DNA of 64,000 nucleotides from a virus: positions 4,570-68,569 of the IMG/VR virus record IMGVR_UViG_3300046683_000606. One strand, 5' to 3'. The position numbers and the translations under genes are program-made. Shown one piece after another: positions 10,287-21,400 of this stretch. Positions within the stretch are counted from its first letter, which is position 1. Every line of letters begins with the position of its first letter. Under the pieces are notes generated by a model. The model saw only the letters and a list, made by a program, of their open reading frames with translations. It was not told the origin of the DNA and did not search any database.

Positions 10287-10973
10287 ATGCCGACGTACCC
10301 CACAGGAAGCGGCGGAAACACTCCCGTACCACTCCTTCAACCTGGAGTCCCAGGTTACGCTTTCGGTTCTCTGAACAAACGTTTCCCGACTACCCTCCTG
10401 CAGATCACCAACGTCGCGCTTACCAGCAACGTCGCCACGGTCACTGTGACCATACGCAGAGGCGCCGTTCCTATCGCTGGCAATCTGATTTCAATTACTG
10501 GGACAGCCGGAGCGAGCGGCGCATTCAACGTTTCGAACATTGCAATTTCAACAGTCTCGATCGATTCCGTTACGGGGATTGGAACGATCACTTTCCCGCT
10601 TACCCATGCCGATGTGGGGAGCGCTGCGGATGCTGGACAGGGCTACGTACCGCCGGCCGAAGTCGCGGAAACCCTGGCAGTCCAGAAAAGCCAAGCCTTT
10701 GCGATTCAGGATTCGATCGGGAGAGGATACGGAATCACTTGGGCCTACACTTGTCCGTCTGCTCCTTCGACAATTTCGATTCAGCTTGAGGGCGCGGTAA
10801 ACAACAACGACGCGGAATTTACGGCTATCGGTTCGGCAGTCACCACGACGACCGGCTACAACGAGCAAATTGCCCAACTTCCTAACCTAGTGAATTTCGT
10901 TCGCCTGAGAGTTACCGCGACGACCGGCGGAAGCGCTCCTACGATTGTCGGAAAAATCACTCTGGGGAGTTAA
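10287..10973 (+). CDS. Putative virion structural protein, paralogue A
   Basis: Beta-rich, T/S/A/G-rich, no signal peptide; near-collinear with 13710-14390 (LLQPGVxGYAFGS..FPTTLL). Confidence 0.6.
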   Translation: MPTYPTGSGGNTPVPLLQPGVPGYAFGSLNKRFPTTLLQITNVALTSNVATVTVTIRRGAVPIAGNLISITGTAGASGAFNVSNIAISTVSIDSVTGIGTITFPLTHADVGSAADAGQGYVPPAEVAETLAVQKSQAFAIQDSIGRGYGITWAYTCPSAPSTISIQLEGAVNNNDAEFTAIGSAVTTTTGYNEQIAQLPNLVNFVRLRVTATTGGSAPTIVGKITLGS

Positions 10974-13646
10974 TTGCGAAGGCTCTTATGGGTTGCCGCT
11001 CTATTTCTAAACGGTTGCGCTGGTGGTCCCTATGACGTTCATGTGCCTGGAGAACAAGGCTCAATGCCGCCAGTAATCTCTAATCTGGTCTACACGGTAA
11101 CCGATACCACTATTGTCGCTACGTGGACTACGGACACTTCCTCGGATTCAAATCTATCAGCAGGCGGTAAAGCAGCAGTAGATAATGGGTTGGCAGCAAA
11201 TTCCACTAGTCACCAAGCTATCGTAGCCGGTCTAGCTCCAAGCACGCTTTATTCCTGCATTGTGACTTCAGGAGGAACCAGCAGCTCTCCGCAGAACGTC
11301 ACAACTTCCGTGGCACATTCAACAACGCCAATTACAGTTGTTGGTTTTGGAACTGACCACGTCACCACGGCAGATGGCGACATCACCTATAATTTCCTTT
11401 CCAACGACAACATCACGTACATGATGCGTGACGATGCCAAAACTCCTCCTGGTGGCGCAGGATTTAACCAGCAGATGGATACAGTTACGAATGAATCCAC
11501 GTTGGCTCTTTCTCTTGTCAATGGAATGAGTGCTTATGGAGCTTACGCCACGGAAAATGGTACGGATGGGCCAGCCGGTCATACACTGTCGAACAAGGGA
11601 AACGGTTTATTCGGCATGGCTGGTTCGCTTTTTTGGTTTACTGGACGGCACTATATTGTCGGTTCATCACGACAGCAGTACTACGGCAACGTTATCCGTT
11701 CAGATGACCACGGTGCAACTTGGAGTAATTTCAGCGCACCAACTACGTTCAATGCCAATGGTGTTCCTTACTATCCCAACAGCGGCAGCAATTCGATAGC
11801 TCCATTCTTTTTTGGCGCGGATTCCACCTTCGGTTGGGTGACTCCGGTTAGATATGCCGGAGACGATGGCACGCTTGGATACAACACGGCTGGCAACGGA
11901 TTCAGCGGCGGGAACGCTTACGTTTATTTTGCCATTCTCAATGGTCCAAACGATGCTGCCAACAATATTTATCTGGGCCGTATTCCGCGTATTAGTTTGT
12001 TTAGTTTGGATCGCACGGCAGAACAATTCTGGATTGGACCGACTTCGCCTACCGACGCAGATTTTGTTAACGATGCGAATTGGCAGTCTGCTTCAACTGG
12101 GCTTACTTCGATCTATACGCCGGCGACTACAACCGTGGGTTGGCCGGATATTTGTTTTATTCCTACCATAAATCGCTACTTACTATTCAGTACCTACCGC
12201 CCCAGCACTGCTTCAACTTCCAACACGATTTGGAGAGTCTTGGAAGGTCCAACTCCGGCTGGGCCGTGGACTCTTGTCGGAACCATACAAAACAGTCCCA
12301 GCGGCTGGTATTGCCAGACCATCCTACATCGCACTGCTGCAAGTAATGTCTTGACCGACAACATCCCACTGACTGTCGTTTATTCCGGTGATTTCAACAA
12401 TCAGATTCCCTATTACCATCCGACCTACAGTACTTTGACGGTTTCTACATCTCCACAATCACCAGTTACCAATGTCTTTGTGCAGGCCAAGGGAACTACG
12501 GCGGCACAATCTGGCACAACGGGAACGCTTGCTTACACCTCCAATGTGACCAGTGGAAATTTGCTGGTTACTTCGTGGCGCTACAATGGCAGCGGTGCAG
12601 TGCATCTGACTTCCGTTACCAGCACACGTACCACGGGGAATTGGACCATTGTATACGACCAAAGCGATGGCGCCGCAACGCCTATTCAGGGTGGTTGGGC
12701 TTACGCTTGGGCTACCTCGACAGGCGCTTGCACTGTTACTTTGAATTTTAATACTTCGGTAGTTGGAATCGATATTTGTGTTGGTGAATGGAACGGACCC
12801 ACTACAGTACGTACAACCTCTGCCCCTCGTATAAATGTCAGTCAAAATATCCCTTTCAGTTCAAGCATACCCGTACAAGGTGGAGATTTATTGATTGGCG
12901 TGGTCACTCTGGGGGCTGCTAGTAGTCAAACACTGTCCGCGGGGAGTGGCTACGTCCAGAGAGCGCATGCCATTACTGGCGGCGTAACGGATTTCACGGC
13001 TATTGAAGATAATCTTAACGCAACTCTCGGATTTTCTACTGCAACTTTCAATGTCATTCCAAGTGGTGGCGGCATTTCGTCCACTGTGGGCATTGGAGCC
13101 TTCTACTCCCAAGGGATTATTTCGGGGAATGCCGGTGTATCCGGGGCGACCGTGGCATGGACTTCGGTAAGCTCCGGTTCGGGTTCAACCACTTCGGACG
13201 GCTCCGGCAACTATTCCACGTCAAGTTTAGCTTCCGACGTTTACACGATCACTCCGACAAAAACTGGCTACAGCTTCACTCCAACCAGCGTCCAGCAAGT
13301 GATGATTAGCGCCAACGTAAATGGCGTGAATTTCACGGCGACACACTTGCCGGTGTCCACCCCTTCGATTTCACCGAATGGAGGGAATTTTGATTCTCCT
13401 CAAACGGTAACCGTGAGCGATACGGATTCAGGGCTCGCTGGCTTTGCGATGTACTACACGACGGATGGGACTACGCCTACCACGGGTTCCACGCTTTACA
13501 CTGCACCGATCGCGGTAACCACTTCCTTGACTTTAAAAGTCTTGGCGGTGGCTACGGGCTTTCTCAATAGTGCGGTTGCTTCGGCTACTTTCAACATTGT
13601 CCGCGGCGGTGGCGGTCTCGGATACAGATTTACTTATGGCTTTTGA
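10974..13646 (+). CDS. Putative lipoprotein: FN3-like, Asp-box beta-propeller, carboxypeptidase-regulatory-like and CHB_HEX_C-like domains
   Basis: MRRLLWVAALFLNGC signal/lipobox-like; RSDDHGATW Asp-box; YTITPTKTGYSFTP; YYTTDGTTPT..STLYTAPI. Confidence 0.7.
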   Translation: MRRLLWVAALFLNGCAGGPYDVHVPGEQGSMPPVISNLVYTVTDTTIVATWTTDTSSDSNLSAGGKAAVDNGLAANSTSHQAIVAGLAPSTLYSCIVTSGGTSSSPQNVTTSVAHSTTPITVVGFGTDHVTTADGDITYNFLSNDNITYMMRDDAKTPPGGAGFNQQMDTVTNESTLALSLVNGMSAYGAYATENGTDGPAGHTLSNKGNGLFGMAGSLFWFTGRHYIVGSSRQQYYGNVIRSDDHGATWSNFSAPTTFNANGVPYYPNSGSNSIAPFFFGADSTFGWVTPVRYAGDDGTLGYNTAGNGFSGGNAYVYFAILNGPNDAANNIYLGRIPRISLFSLDRTAEQFWIGPTSPTDADFVNDANWQSASTGLTSIYTPATTTVGWPDICFIPTINRYLLFSTYRPSTASTSNTIWRVLEGPTPAGPWTLVGTIQNSPSGWYCQTILHRTAASNVLTDNIPLTVVYSGDFNNQIPYYHPTYSTLTVSTSPQSPVTNVFVQAKGTTAAQSGTTGTLAYTSNVTSGNLLVTSWRYNGSGAVHLTSVTSTRTTGNWTIVYDQSDGAATPIQGGWAYAWATSTGACTVTLNFNTSVVGIDICVGEWNGPTTVRTTSAPRINVSQNIPFSSSIPVQGGDLLIGVVTLGAASSQTLSAGSGYVQRAHAITGGVTDFTAIEDNLNATLGFSTATFNVIPSGGGISSTVGIGAFYSQGIISGNAGVSGATVAWTSVSSGSGSTTSDGSGNYSTSSLASDVYTITPTKTGYSFTPTSVQQVMISANVNGVNFTATHLPVSTPSISPNGGNFDSPQTVTVSDTDSGLAGFAMYYTTDGTTPTTGSTLYTAPIAVTTSLTLKVLAVATGFLNSAVASATFNIVRGGGGLGYRFTYGF

Positions 13647-13709
13647 ACCGTGATATAGTGCCCCACAAGCGGAATCGGGCCGCACCGAATTGTCTTGGAG
13701 CCTGATTCT

Positions 13710-14390
13710 ATGCCGCCATACGAATTTTCGCCCGGTGTGAATGAACAACCGAAACTGCTGCAGCCTGGAGTTACCGGCTACGCTTTCGGCTCTTTCGATT
13801 CGAAGTTTCCCACCACACTTCTAAAGATTCTTACCGTCGCCATTTCCAGCAACGTTGCGACGATCACGGCAACCATCCGTGAAGGGAAAGTTCCGACGGT
13901 TGGAAGTCTGATTACCATTCGCGGAACGACAACTGCCGGCGGCTCTTTCAACGTTCTCAATGTCGCGATTGCCACGGTTCTCTTTGACTCCGTGACCGGA
14001 ATCGGTGTGATTACTTTTTCTCTTGTCGATGCCGATGTGGGAGCGGTAGCCGATACGGGAATGGGCTATGTGCCCATGCCTGAAATTGGAGAGGCTTGCG
14101 CTAACGGCGCGAGCGTAGCCTTTGCCATTCAGGACATTGCCGGCCACAACGATAACGGTCTCACGGTCCAGTGGAGTACTTCCTACCCGTCTTCTCCGGC
14201 AATTATGACCGCCATCTTGCAAGGCGCTGACTTCGACGCGGACGATCAGTACATAGAAATCGATCGAAGCACTAGCCTACCGTCGGATAGCCGTTCCAGC
14301 ACGCAGACCAGATTCCGGTTTCTTCGCGTGCTGTGGCAAGACTTGGCGGGTGGAACGAATCCTACAGGTATTGTGCGAATCAACATTTGA
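13710..14390 (+). CDS. Putative virion structural protein, paralogue B
   Basis: SD ggag before ATG 13710; aligns by eye over its full length with 10287-10973. Confidence 0.6.
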   Translation: MPPYEFSPGVNEQPKLLQPGVTGYAFGSFDSKFPTTLLKILTVAISSNVATITATIREGKVPTVGSLITIRGTTTAGGSFNVLNVAIATVLFDSVTGIGVITFSLVDADVGAVADTGMGYVPMPEIGEACANGASVAFAIQDIAGHNDNGLTVQWSTSYPSSPAIMTAILQGADFDADDQYIEIDRSTSLPSDSRSSTQTRFRFLRVLWQDLAGGTNPTGIVRINI

Positions 14391-14398
14391 GGCTGACG

Positions 14399-17131
14399 AT
14401 GAAAAAGACTTTTCTCATATTGTTGTTCTTGCTTGGTGCGCTTCCCGCATTCGGCCAATACCGTCAACCGATCTCGACGCATACCAATGCTGAGGGGAAA
14501 GTTGACTACATAGACTTCCGCGTGTCCGATCTTGAAAAGCCGGAAGCCTCTCCGTCTCCGGCAGTTTCAATCCAGAAAGCGGGAATTTTCGATTTTCAAT
14601 GTACCGCTACGCCTACCAATCCTCCGACCGGCAATGATCGCTTTTACTGCGACTCTGGAACGGGGAACATGGCTTGCCTCACTTCAAGTGGAGCGAATTG
14701 TTTGCCTGGTGGTGGTGGCGGCGGTGGCTCTGGAACGGTAACCAGTGTCGGTCTTGCGGCTCCTGGCGGAATGGTGGTTTCAGGTTCTCCGGTGATTGGC
14801 GCTGGAACGCTTACCTGGGGTATGCCGGCGGGATGGAGTCTAGGAGACTTGCTGGTTGGGAATGGAGCTAATTCAGTCGCGCGCCTTGCTGCTCCGACAA
14901 CTCCCGACGGTGTTCCGGAAACGCTGATTTCAACGCCTTCGGGCGGCGCGGTGGCGCCGGCCTACGCTCTAACTGGACTGGCTGGCCGGGTAGTTTCTGG
15001 AACAACCGACACGATTCTGGCAACTGACCGTTCGCCAAAGACAGTTGAGTACACAAGTAACTCAGCGGTGGCGGTCACGGTGCCCGACCCTGGCAGCGCT
15101 GGTTTTCTTACGAATCCGGCCTTCATTACAGTTGCCGAAGGCGGCGGAGAGGTTACCTTCACTCCGCAAACGACAGCGGTCATTACTTGGTGCAATGGGG
15201 CAGTTTGTTTTCCAGGCCAAACGTCACTCGCTCTGACGACTGGACAAATCGGCAACTGGTCTTCTCCTGATGGCGGGAATTGGCTAGTACGTATAACTTC
15301 GACTGGCAGCGGTGGCGGAGCGCCAATCTTTAATAACCAGTGTCTTTCTGGCTGCGGGGTGGTGTGGACCGGCCTTCTCAATTTCACGGTATCCGCTTCA
15401 AGGTACAACATCGTAAGTACGCTGTATTCGTCTCCGCAAACGAATCTAACTCTATCGGCGGCTGACCCTTCTAACCCGCGCATTGATGTGATCGCGGTGA
15501 ATACTTCTGGCGCCGCGGTAGTGATTACCGGAACGCCGGCTGGCAGTCCTTCGGCTCCGACCGTTGACCCTCTTACCCAGTTAGCTCTTACTTTCGTTAC
15601 CGTCCCTGCAGGTTCTACGACTCCAACGATTACCAGTATCACCGTTTACGATGAGAACTTGACTCCTCCGACTGAATGGACCTGTTCTGGAACACCGGCT
15701 TTTACTTGCGGCTCGACCAACAACCCATTCCATTTGACAAAAGACGTGGAAGTGACCGGCGCGACAAGCGGTGGGAATGCCCTGTTCACCAACAGCGGCG
15801 CAATCAGCCTTGCCGGGTACACTGCACTTTCTTTCAACATCCGCAACAAGGCCGTGTGGAATAGCAACGGCTCGATTGCAATTTGTTTTTTGAATAGTTC
15901 GACGATTGTCGGCCAGTGTGTCGGTTTCAAGAATGGAGTTTTTGGATTTAACCAGACGAATCTTACCAGCTATCAACAGATCGTGATTCCCCTTGGGGCT
16001 TTCGGCCTAACTGGGAACGTGGACAGATTGCGCTTCCAATACAGCGGTGGCGGCACGGTTGGGTACTATCTCGACTGGATACAGATTCAGAGCACCCCGA
16101 CAAGCGGTGGCGGCAATTCCAATACTTTCCAGTTACAGGTAAACAGCGTCAACACTGCTGCTACTGCAAACCTGAAAGACAATGCCAGCGTAACCTTCAC
16201 GCGCACTCCGACCGCGGCCGGGATAGATGACGTGACCGCTACGGCTATCGGAGCGCCAGCGTCCGGCGCGGCTGGCGGAGCCCTGGCGGGAACCTATCCT
16301 AATCCCACTCTTTCGGGTGCAACTTCTTGCACCAATCAAGTAATAACCGCAATCAGCCAAAGCACCGCGATAGGAACCTGTTCTAGCGTCTCCAATGCCA
16401 TGCTCACTAATACAGCGACGACCGCCAACGGACAGACCTGTACCCTTGGTTCCACTTGCAACGTGAACGTTGGCGCTTCGGCACACAGCGTTGCAATCAA
16501 TCAGGGAAACGGCTCGGCTCTTACTGGCGTTGGTCCTGGCTCGACTACGGGAAAAATTCTGCAATCGGTTGCCAGTGCCGATCCTGCTTACAACGATTTC
16601 CCAGACACGAAAATTGTTCCGGCTGCGAATTGTCCCAACGCAACAGCGGGAAGCGGCTGGAGCTACGCGGCCGCCACATGGTCGGCAGCTTGCCGTGCGG
16701 GGAGTAACAACCTAGGCGGCGCTTTGCAGTTGATTCCTTCAACCGGAGGAGCGGCACAGTTCCGTTTTGAGATTCCCGCTGATTGGGATTCCGCTTCGCA
16801 GCCATTCATTCGAATCGAGTACGGTTCTGGAGCCAACACAAGCGGCACGGTCATTTGGACGGTGGCGAGCGCTTGCACTAAGGCCGACGGATCGGTTACC
16901 GATGACCCGGCCTTTGTTGCGGAGTCCGCTTTTGGCACTCAGACGATGGCTGCCGCGAGTCGCGCTTGGTCCCAGACCGGACAATTCACAGGGATAACCA
17001 GCGGGAACAACTGCGTGGCCGGAGGGGGAATGATTATCAAGCTCACGCTCTCCGGAACGGCGTCGAGCGCGATCAATGCTTATCAGGCGGTTGTGACGAC
17101 AAACAGACTTCCCGCGGTACAGGCGAATTGA
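14399..17131 (+). CDS. Tail-fibre-like protein with Sec signal peptide
   Basis: MKKTFLILLFLLGALPAFG-Q signal; fibre-type motifs GTVTSVGL..GSPV..GTL, ADPSNPRIDVI, GGALAGTYPNPTL; many Cys pairs. Confidence 0.7.
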   Translation: MKKTFLILLFLLGALPAFGQYRQPISTHTNAEGKVDYIDFRVSDLEKPEASPSPAVSIQKAGIFDFQCTATPTNPPTGNDRFYCDSGTGNMACLTSSGANCLPGGGGGGGSGTVTSVGLAAPGGMVVSGSPVIGAGTLTWGMPAGWSLGDLLVGNGANSVARLAAPTTPDGVPETLISTPSGGAVAPAYALTGLAGRVVSGTTDTILATDRSPKTVEYTSNSAVAVTVPDPGSAGFLTNPAFITVAEGGGEVTFTPQTTAVITWCNGAVCFPGQTSLALTTGQIGNWSSPDGGNWLVRITSTGSGGGAPIFNNQCLSGCGVVWTGLLNFTVSASRYNIVSTLYSSPQTNLTLSAADPSNPRIDVIAVNTSGAAVVITGTPAGSPSAPTVDPLTQLALTFVTVPAGSTTPTITSITVYDENLTPPTEWTCSGTPAFTCGSTNNPFHLTKDVEVTGATSGGNALFTNSGAISLAGYTALSFNIRNKAVWNSNGSIAICFLNSSTIVGQCVGFKNGVFGFNQTNLTSYQQIVIPLGAFGLTGNVDRLRFQYSGGGTVGYYLDWIQIQSTPTSGGGNSNTFQLQVNSVNTAATANLKDNASVTFTRTPTAAGIDDVTATAIGAPASGAAGGALAGTYPNPTLSGATSCTNQVITAISQSTAIGTCSSVSNAMLTNTATTANGQTCTLGSTCNVNVGASAHSVAINQGNGSALTGVGPGSTTGKILQSVASADPAYNDFPDTKIVPAANCPNATAGSGWSYAAATWSAACRAGSNNLGGALQLIPSTGGAAQFRFEIPADWDSASQPFIRIEYGSGANTSGTVIWTVASACTKADGSVTDDPAFVAESAFGTQTMAAASRAWSQTGQFTGITSGNNCVAGGGMIIKLTLSGTASSAINAYQAVVTTNRLPAVQAN

Positions 17132-18492
17132 TGAAAAAATATATTCTTCTCTCCATGCTTCTGCTTGGTGTTGGTCAATTACGGGCGGCGACTGGCCCTT
17201 ATACCTCCAACGAGTGTGGCAAACCTCTCCAGAACGCAGGTGGCTTCACAAGCATATCGTGTACGATGGCGAACACCGTAGCCGGCCGCGCCATTCTCAT
17301 GTATGCGTCGGGAGCGGCCACGACTGTATCCGTCACAAGTTCTCCAGAAACCCCTACTGCTTGCTTTAACGGGACGAACGCTACAAACGGTTGGCAGACA
17401 ACGGGTTGCTATCTATTTCCTTCGTCCAATCATGCGATCTTCACGATTACCGCAACATCCTCTGGGGGATTCAATCGCGTTTTATGGGTAGCGGGAAGGG
17501 AAAAAATCGGACTAACCGCTTTCGACACGCATTGCAGCGCCGGAGCCACTTCGTGTTCTTTGACTACAGCCAACGCTGGTGAATGGCTGGACTTGGGCGG
17601 AGCCGATCTTGCCAACGATCTGACTCCTCACACTGGCTTTAGCCAAGAGCAATGGGGAACCACTGATGTGGACATTAGTTCGCAAACGATTAAATTTGCT
17701 TCCTGGTCGCAGATTACAGGCGGGGCTGGAAGTACCACGGCGCAATATGATGAGGTAAATCCTTTCGGAGTTCCTTCCGTCGTGGCTATGGCCTTTACGC
17801 AAAGCAATCCGGCAAAACCAGCGGTCTATAAAGCACAAAGCTGTTATTTCAACTGGCCGAACACTACGCGCACAGGTCCGACTTGCACCCTCCACAACTA
17901 TACCGCTAACAATACAATCGTATATGGGTTCTCCGATGGATTCGATCCCATTGACATCATTTCGTGTCTCGGCACAGGTTGCAGTTGCCCTAGCAATGCT
18001 CGAAACGCTCCGCATGTCTATGCAGGTATAAACGTTCAAGCGGGTTTGTGCACTGCTTCTCAAAGTAGCAACCAATCCACTTACTCCGTAGGGATTCTCA
18101 TGCACGGCGGTTTAGGGCAAACAGTTTTCTTTATACAAGGGGCGGAATGGGTTGGACTAACGGGCGTCTTGGATGCTGGTTCGGAAACTTCCGCATTGGC
18201 GCTGACTACTTCCTATACCACTGCCGGAGCTAACGAACAAACTTTTTCGGTCTGTTACGATGCCGACACTAATCCTCTCGTACCGAATAGCGGCGAACTG
18301 CAAATAGCAGGGAGTACGGACGTGAATACGTCTTTTGTTGCCAACGACCAGCAACTTACGCAGTCCATTCTCACCGCTGCTGCCGGAAGCAACACGACCA
18401 GTTGCACTATGTCATCGGGAAGCGTTCGACCAATCATTGCAACTTTTTCAATGGGGATTACACCGGCATCTGGCTATCCGATGATTTTTTAG
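17131..18492 (+). CDS. Secreted Cys/Ser/Thr-rich protein with two tandem beta domains
   Basis: MKKYILLSMLLLGVGQLRA signal; internal duplication (EKIGLTAFD..LTTANAGE / EWVGLTGVLD..YTTAGANE). Confidence 0.65.
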   Translation: MKKYILLSMLLLGVGQLRAATGPYTSNECGKPLQNAGGFTSISCTMANTVAGRAILMYASGAATTVSVTSSPETPTACFNGTNATNGWQTTGCYLFPSSNHAIFTITATSSGGFNRVLWVAGREKIGLTAFDTHCSAGATSCSLTTANAGEWLDLGGADLANDLTPHTGFSQEQWGTTDVDISSQTIKFASWSQITGGAGSTTAQYDEVNPFGVPSVVAMAFTQSNPAKPAVYKAQSCYFNWPNTTRTGPTCTLHNYTANNTIVYGFSDGFDPIDIISCLGTGCSCPSNARNAPHVYAGINVQAGLCTASQSSNQSTYSVGILMHGGLGQTVFFIQGAEWVGLTGVLDAGSETSALALTTSYTTAGANEQTFSVCYDADTNPLVPNSGELQIAGSTDVNTSFVANDQQLTQSILTAAAGSNTTSCTMSSGSVRPIIATFSMGITPASGYPMIF

Positions 18493-18498
18493 GAAATT

Positions 18499-21400
18499 AT
18501 GAAACCACTTAGCAAATGGCTTCTGCTTACGGGCGTCCTGCTCGGCGCCGTGCTCACTTTCATGCTTCTCTGGAAGCACCAACAGCCAAAGCATCCGGTT
18601 GCTAGAACCATAGCGAAGGGTAAATTCATAGCGAAGTTGGGTTCGGGCTGGTTTGTGCGCTCGTCAACGGCTTGTCCTACAAATGGAAATGGTACTTCTT
18701 CAAGTTGCGCGGCTTCTCCTGGTGGAGCGGGAGCCTGGTCGGGATTCGCCAATATCGGTTGGGGTTCGATTCATGCCGGCGACACATTGTCAATGCAAGC
18801 CGGAGACACCTACGCGGAGCAGTTGACGATCGGCGCATCCGGAACCAGCGGAAGCCCTATCACCATCACGGTAAATGGCGTCGGGACGGCCATTATAGAC
18901 GGCGGCAACGCTCGTACTGGATTTAGTTTCAACGGCCAATCCTTCGTAAACGTGGACGGTGTGACGGGCAACGCAGCGTTCGGCGGTTCTCAGACCTACG
19001 GAATCCGTGTTATCAACATCGGCCTTCCAAACTACTGTGCCTACATAAACAACGGGGAGCAGCACGTAAAATTCCTTCACGTCGAGTGCTCCGGCAACGG
19101 GCAGAACACGGACAACGCGCATCTCAACGCTCCTCCACTACCTGATGATAACCGCGGCGGTGTTTTCGGCGGTGGTGGCGCTCATTTCGTAGAAGTCGCC
19201 TACAACTGGTTCCATACGCAGATGGCGCAATACAATCTTTCCACCTGCAGCATTTCAGGAACGACTTATACCTGCACGACGACGACGACGATCACAGACA
19301 CCCATTGGACTTCGCCTTCGGTGATTTTTGCTAGTATCGGTATTTACGGCAACACTGGAGTCAACGGTCACTGCGGCCTGATTAGCGCCAGTGGAACCAC
19401 GTTTACCTGCGAAGGCGGCGGCTCCGGTACAGGTACGGGTGGCGTGGCGGTCATGGAATGGGCGGCGACGGCGGTCACTGGATTTTTTGCTACGGGAAGT
19501 ACGAATTACAACGACAACACAACCCACGATAACTTCGCCTATGGCACGTTCAATGATGGCTTTCGCTCTAACGGAAATGGCCAGATTTATCACAACGAAG
19601 CACAAGCCGGTATGGGCTCCGGCCATAGCGATGCGACCCTGGCTCAATCCGCTCTTTACGTAGAAATATCCAGCAACTACGTCCATGACTGGAACGACCA
19701 AAATTGTTACCTGGACCAACTATCGGCAGCGTCCAGAGGGCACATTCGCATTTTCAACAATGTCTGGAACTCTCCTCACGGATTTGGCGGATGCAACGTA
19801 GACCCCGAAGGCGCTTCGGCCAACTGGGACGACATTGTGATGATTAACAACACGTCCTATTCGTCGAGAGATTATGTCGTTCGCTACGGCAACCAGGGCG
19901 GCACGGTAACCAACTTCGTATATATCAACAACATTTCCCGCGTCTCCGGTTCGGTTGGCGATCCGCCGTGGGCGGGTGGTGGCGGGATTGCCTTCGCCAG
20001 TTCCACGGCCTACAACTACAACCTGTACTCCCCTACGCTTGGAGTGCAATTTCCAATCTTGGCAAATTTCAGCGGCGGGAATAAGACACTGGCGCAACTT
20101 CGGGCACTCTCTCCACCCCGCGAACTGAATGGCAATACCTGCGACGTGACCTATGTTGGCGGTGCACTCCCGGCCGGCGCTCAACCTGCCTCTACCGACA
20201 CTTGCTCTAAAAATGCCGGTCAGAATCTCACGGCTATCTATCCATTTGCCACTGTGGATTTTAATGGAGTTACCCGGCCTCCGACTGCTGCATGGGATTC
20301 AGGCGCAATGCAGGCTTCCGGCGGCGGTGGTGGAACGCCCGTTATCGGATTTTCTCCTAACCCGGCAGCATTCGGAAACCAGATTCAGGGAACGACCAGC
20401 GCTCCTCTTACGATTACCGTTTCAAACAGCGGAACGGCCGCGCAGGTTCTTTCTACGCCTTACTGGACAATCACCGGGACGAATGCCAGTAACTTTGCCA
20501 ACGCGGGAACGGGAACCTGCGTCAACGGTGGGACTATCGCGATCAGCGGTTCTTGTACGGTGAACCTGACTTTCACTCCATCGGCTACCGGCGCACGAAC
20601 GGCTACGTTCAACATTCAAGGCACGGTCAATGCTTCGGACAACCTAACTGGCACCGGCACCCTTCCGACTATCGGTCTTGCGCCAAGCCCTGCAGCTTTC
20701 GGCAACCAGGTTGTTGGCACGCCAAGCTCGCCGTTGACGGTCACGGTTTCGAATACCGGCACGTCTACACAGACTTTAGCTAATCCGTACTTCACCATTA
20801 CCGGAACAAATTCCGCGGACTTCTCAAATCTGGGAACGGGTACATGCGCTAACGGCGGTTCTGTTCCAGCAAGCAGTTCTTGCACGATCAACCTGCGATT
20901 CACTCCCGCGGCGGCCGGCGCGCGCACAGCGACTCTAAATCTCCTAGGCACGGTCAATGCTTCTGACTCTCTGACCGGGACAGGCACGCAAGCGGCAATC
21001 AGCATCACGCCAAGCCCCGGAGCCTTCGGAAACCAGAACGTCAACACAACCAGCGGACCACTTACGCTGACGGTTACCAATACCGGGACAGCCACAGAGA
21101 CTCTAGCAACGCCTTATTTCACCCTGACCGGAACCAATTCGACCAACTTCGCCAATGCTGGTAGCGGGACATGCGCCAATGGGGGAACGATCGCTCCTTC
21201 GGCTACTTGTACGGTGAACTTGACGTTTACTCCGTCCGCGGCCGGCGCGCGCTCTGGAACCTTGAACATCCTGGGAACGGTGAATGGAACTGACGCGCTG
21301 ACCGGCACAGGTATCGCTCCCCTGGTCTCTTTGAGCCCGAATAGCATAGCCTTTGCGAACCAGACCACTAACACGTCGAGCGGGAACCAGGCTGTAACCC

